Positions 63,369 through 64,000 of a stretch of 64,000 nt of DNA are shown here, one piece after another. Source of the stretch: Trueperaceae bacterium. GTDB taxonomy: Bacteria; Deinococcota; Deinococci; Deinococcales; Trueperaceae. Position numbers and translations under genes: made by a program. The first letter of the stretch is position 1. The number at the start of each line of letters is the position of its first letter. The notes under the pieces are model-generated. The model saw only the letters and a program-made list of their open reading frames with translations. It made no database searches and was not told the origin of the DNA. The DNA lies in assembly GCA_965214405.1 (NCBI GenBank), contig OZ243956.1:3232001-3296000 (forward strand). The letters run 5' to 3'.

Positions 63369-64000
63369 ATGCCCGAATCCTTGTTTAACGCTATCCAGCC
63401 CGAACTCACCGCCTTTGAAAGCGCGCTCGCCGCCGAGCTAAAGTCTCGGGTGGCTTTTATCGAGGCCATCGGCGAGGACTTGGTGAGCGCGGGCGGCAAG
63501 CGGCTGCGGCCCGCGCTGGCTTTTTTGGCGGGACGGCTTCTTAGCGCCGACGCTGAGGTGGGGATGCGCGTGGCGCTCGCGGTCGAGCTTTTACATTCGG
63601 CTTCGCTCTTGCACGACGACTTGATAGACGATTCGGACACGCGGCGAGGTCATGAGGCGGCCTTTTTGCGCTACGGCAACGTGGTGAGCGTGATGTCGGG
63701 CGACTTCATGCTGGCGCGGGTGCTCAATTTGCTTGCCCAAGCCGACAGCGCCGCGTTTACGCTGCTCATGTCCGAGACCGCCGCGCGCATCTGCGAGGCC
63801 GAAGTCTTGCAGTTTCAAATGGCGACGCTCGAGACCTATTCGCTAGAAAACTACTTCTCCATCATCGAGGGCAAAACGTCCGTTTTGCTGGCGGCGGCGC
63901 TCGAGGGTCCCGCGATTCTGTCCCGTGCAAGTGACGCGCAGCGGCGCGCGTTACGCACCTTTGGTCTTCGCTACGGCAACGCGTTCCAAATGCGAGACGA
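63369..64000 (+). CDS. Polyprenyl diphosphate synthase (partial)
   Basis: GGKRLRP, LLHSASLLHDDLID..DTRRG, GDF, GKT, FQMRD at the window edge. Confidence 0.93.
   Translation, partial: MPESLFNAIQPELTAFESALAAELKSRVAFIEAIGEDLVSAGGKRLRPALAFLAGRLLSADAEVGMRVALAVELLHSASLLHDDLIDDSDTRRGHEAAFLRYGNVVSVMSGDFMLARVLNLLAQADSAAFTLLMSETAARICEAEVLQFQMATLETYSLENYFSIIEGKTSVLLAAALEGPAILSRASDAQRRALRTFGLRYGNAFQMRD

Overview
GC-rich bacterial chromosome segment, most likely Deinococcota (Truepera-like). This is inferred from the efp-accB-accC-asp23-nusB-folD-DUF212 gene order, an Arg-type EF-P, frequent leaderless TANNNT-N6/7-ATG starts and Deinococcus-type large lipoproteins. The housekeeping backbone (lysA-like, efp/acc/nusB/folD, TRAP transporter, mltG, ruvX, alaS, rbsK, heterodimeric ABC exporter, ftsH, rex, polyprenyl synthase) is interrupted by accessory DNA. 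The accessory parts are: (i) an AT-rich ABC-ATPase + DUF4276/TOPRIM-like pair; (ii) a deoxyhypusine-synthase-like gene next to efp, preceded by a structured, terminator-like leader; (iii) a ~19 kb region (20.5-39.8 kb) with Met-Thr-Gly-Gly-repeat secreted proteins, an array of modular surface lipoproteins sharing a conserved 11-bp-spaced promoter repeat and a coupled 20-aa leader ORF, and a SARP/BTAD regulator; (iv) inside that region, the best candidate for an undescribed system: LuxR-type regulator, secreted double-thioredoxin, secreted 8-Cys peptide, Cys-less thioredoxin-like protein and MacB-type ABC transporter. Also present are an ASR-like xenorhodopsin, two VapBC-type modules (one toxin lacks a canonical start codon), a frameshifted HAD gene and strong over-representation of CTCGAG. 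No rRNA, tRNA, CRISPR array or transposase was recognised. All calls are by-eye motif recognition, not database hits.
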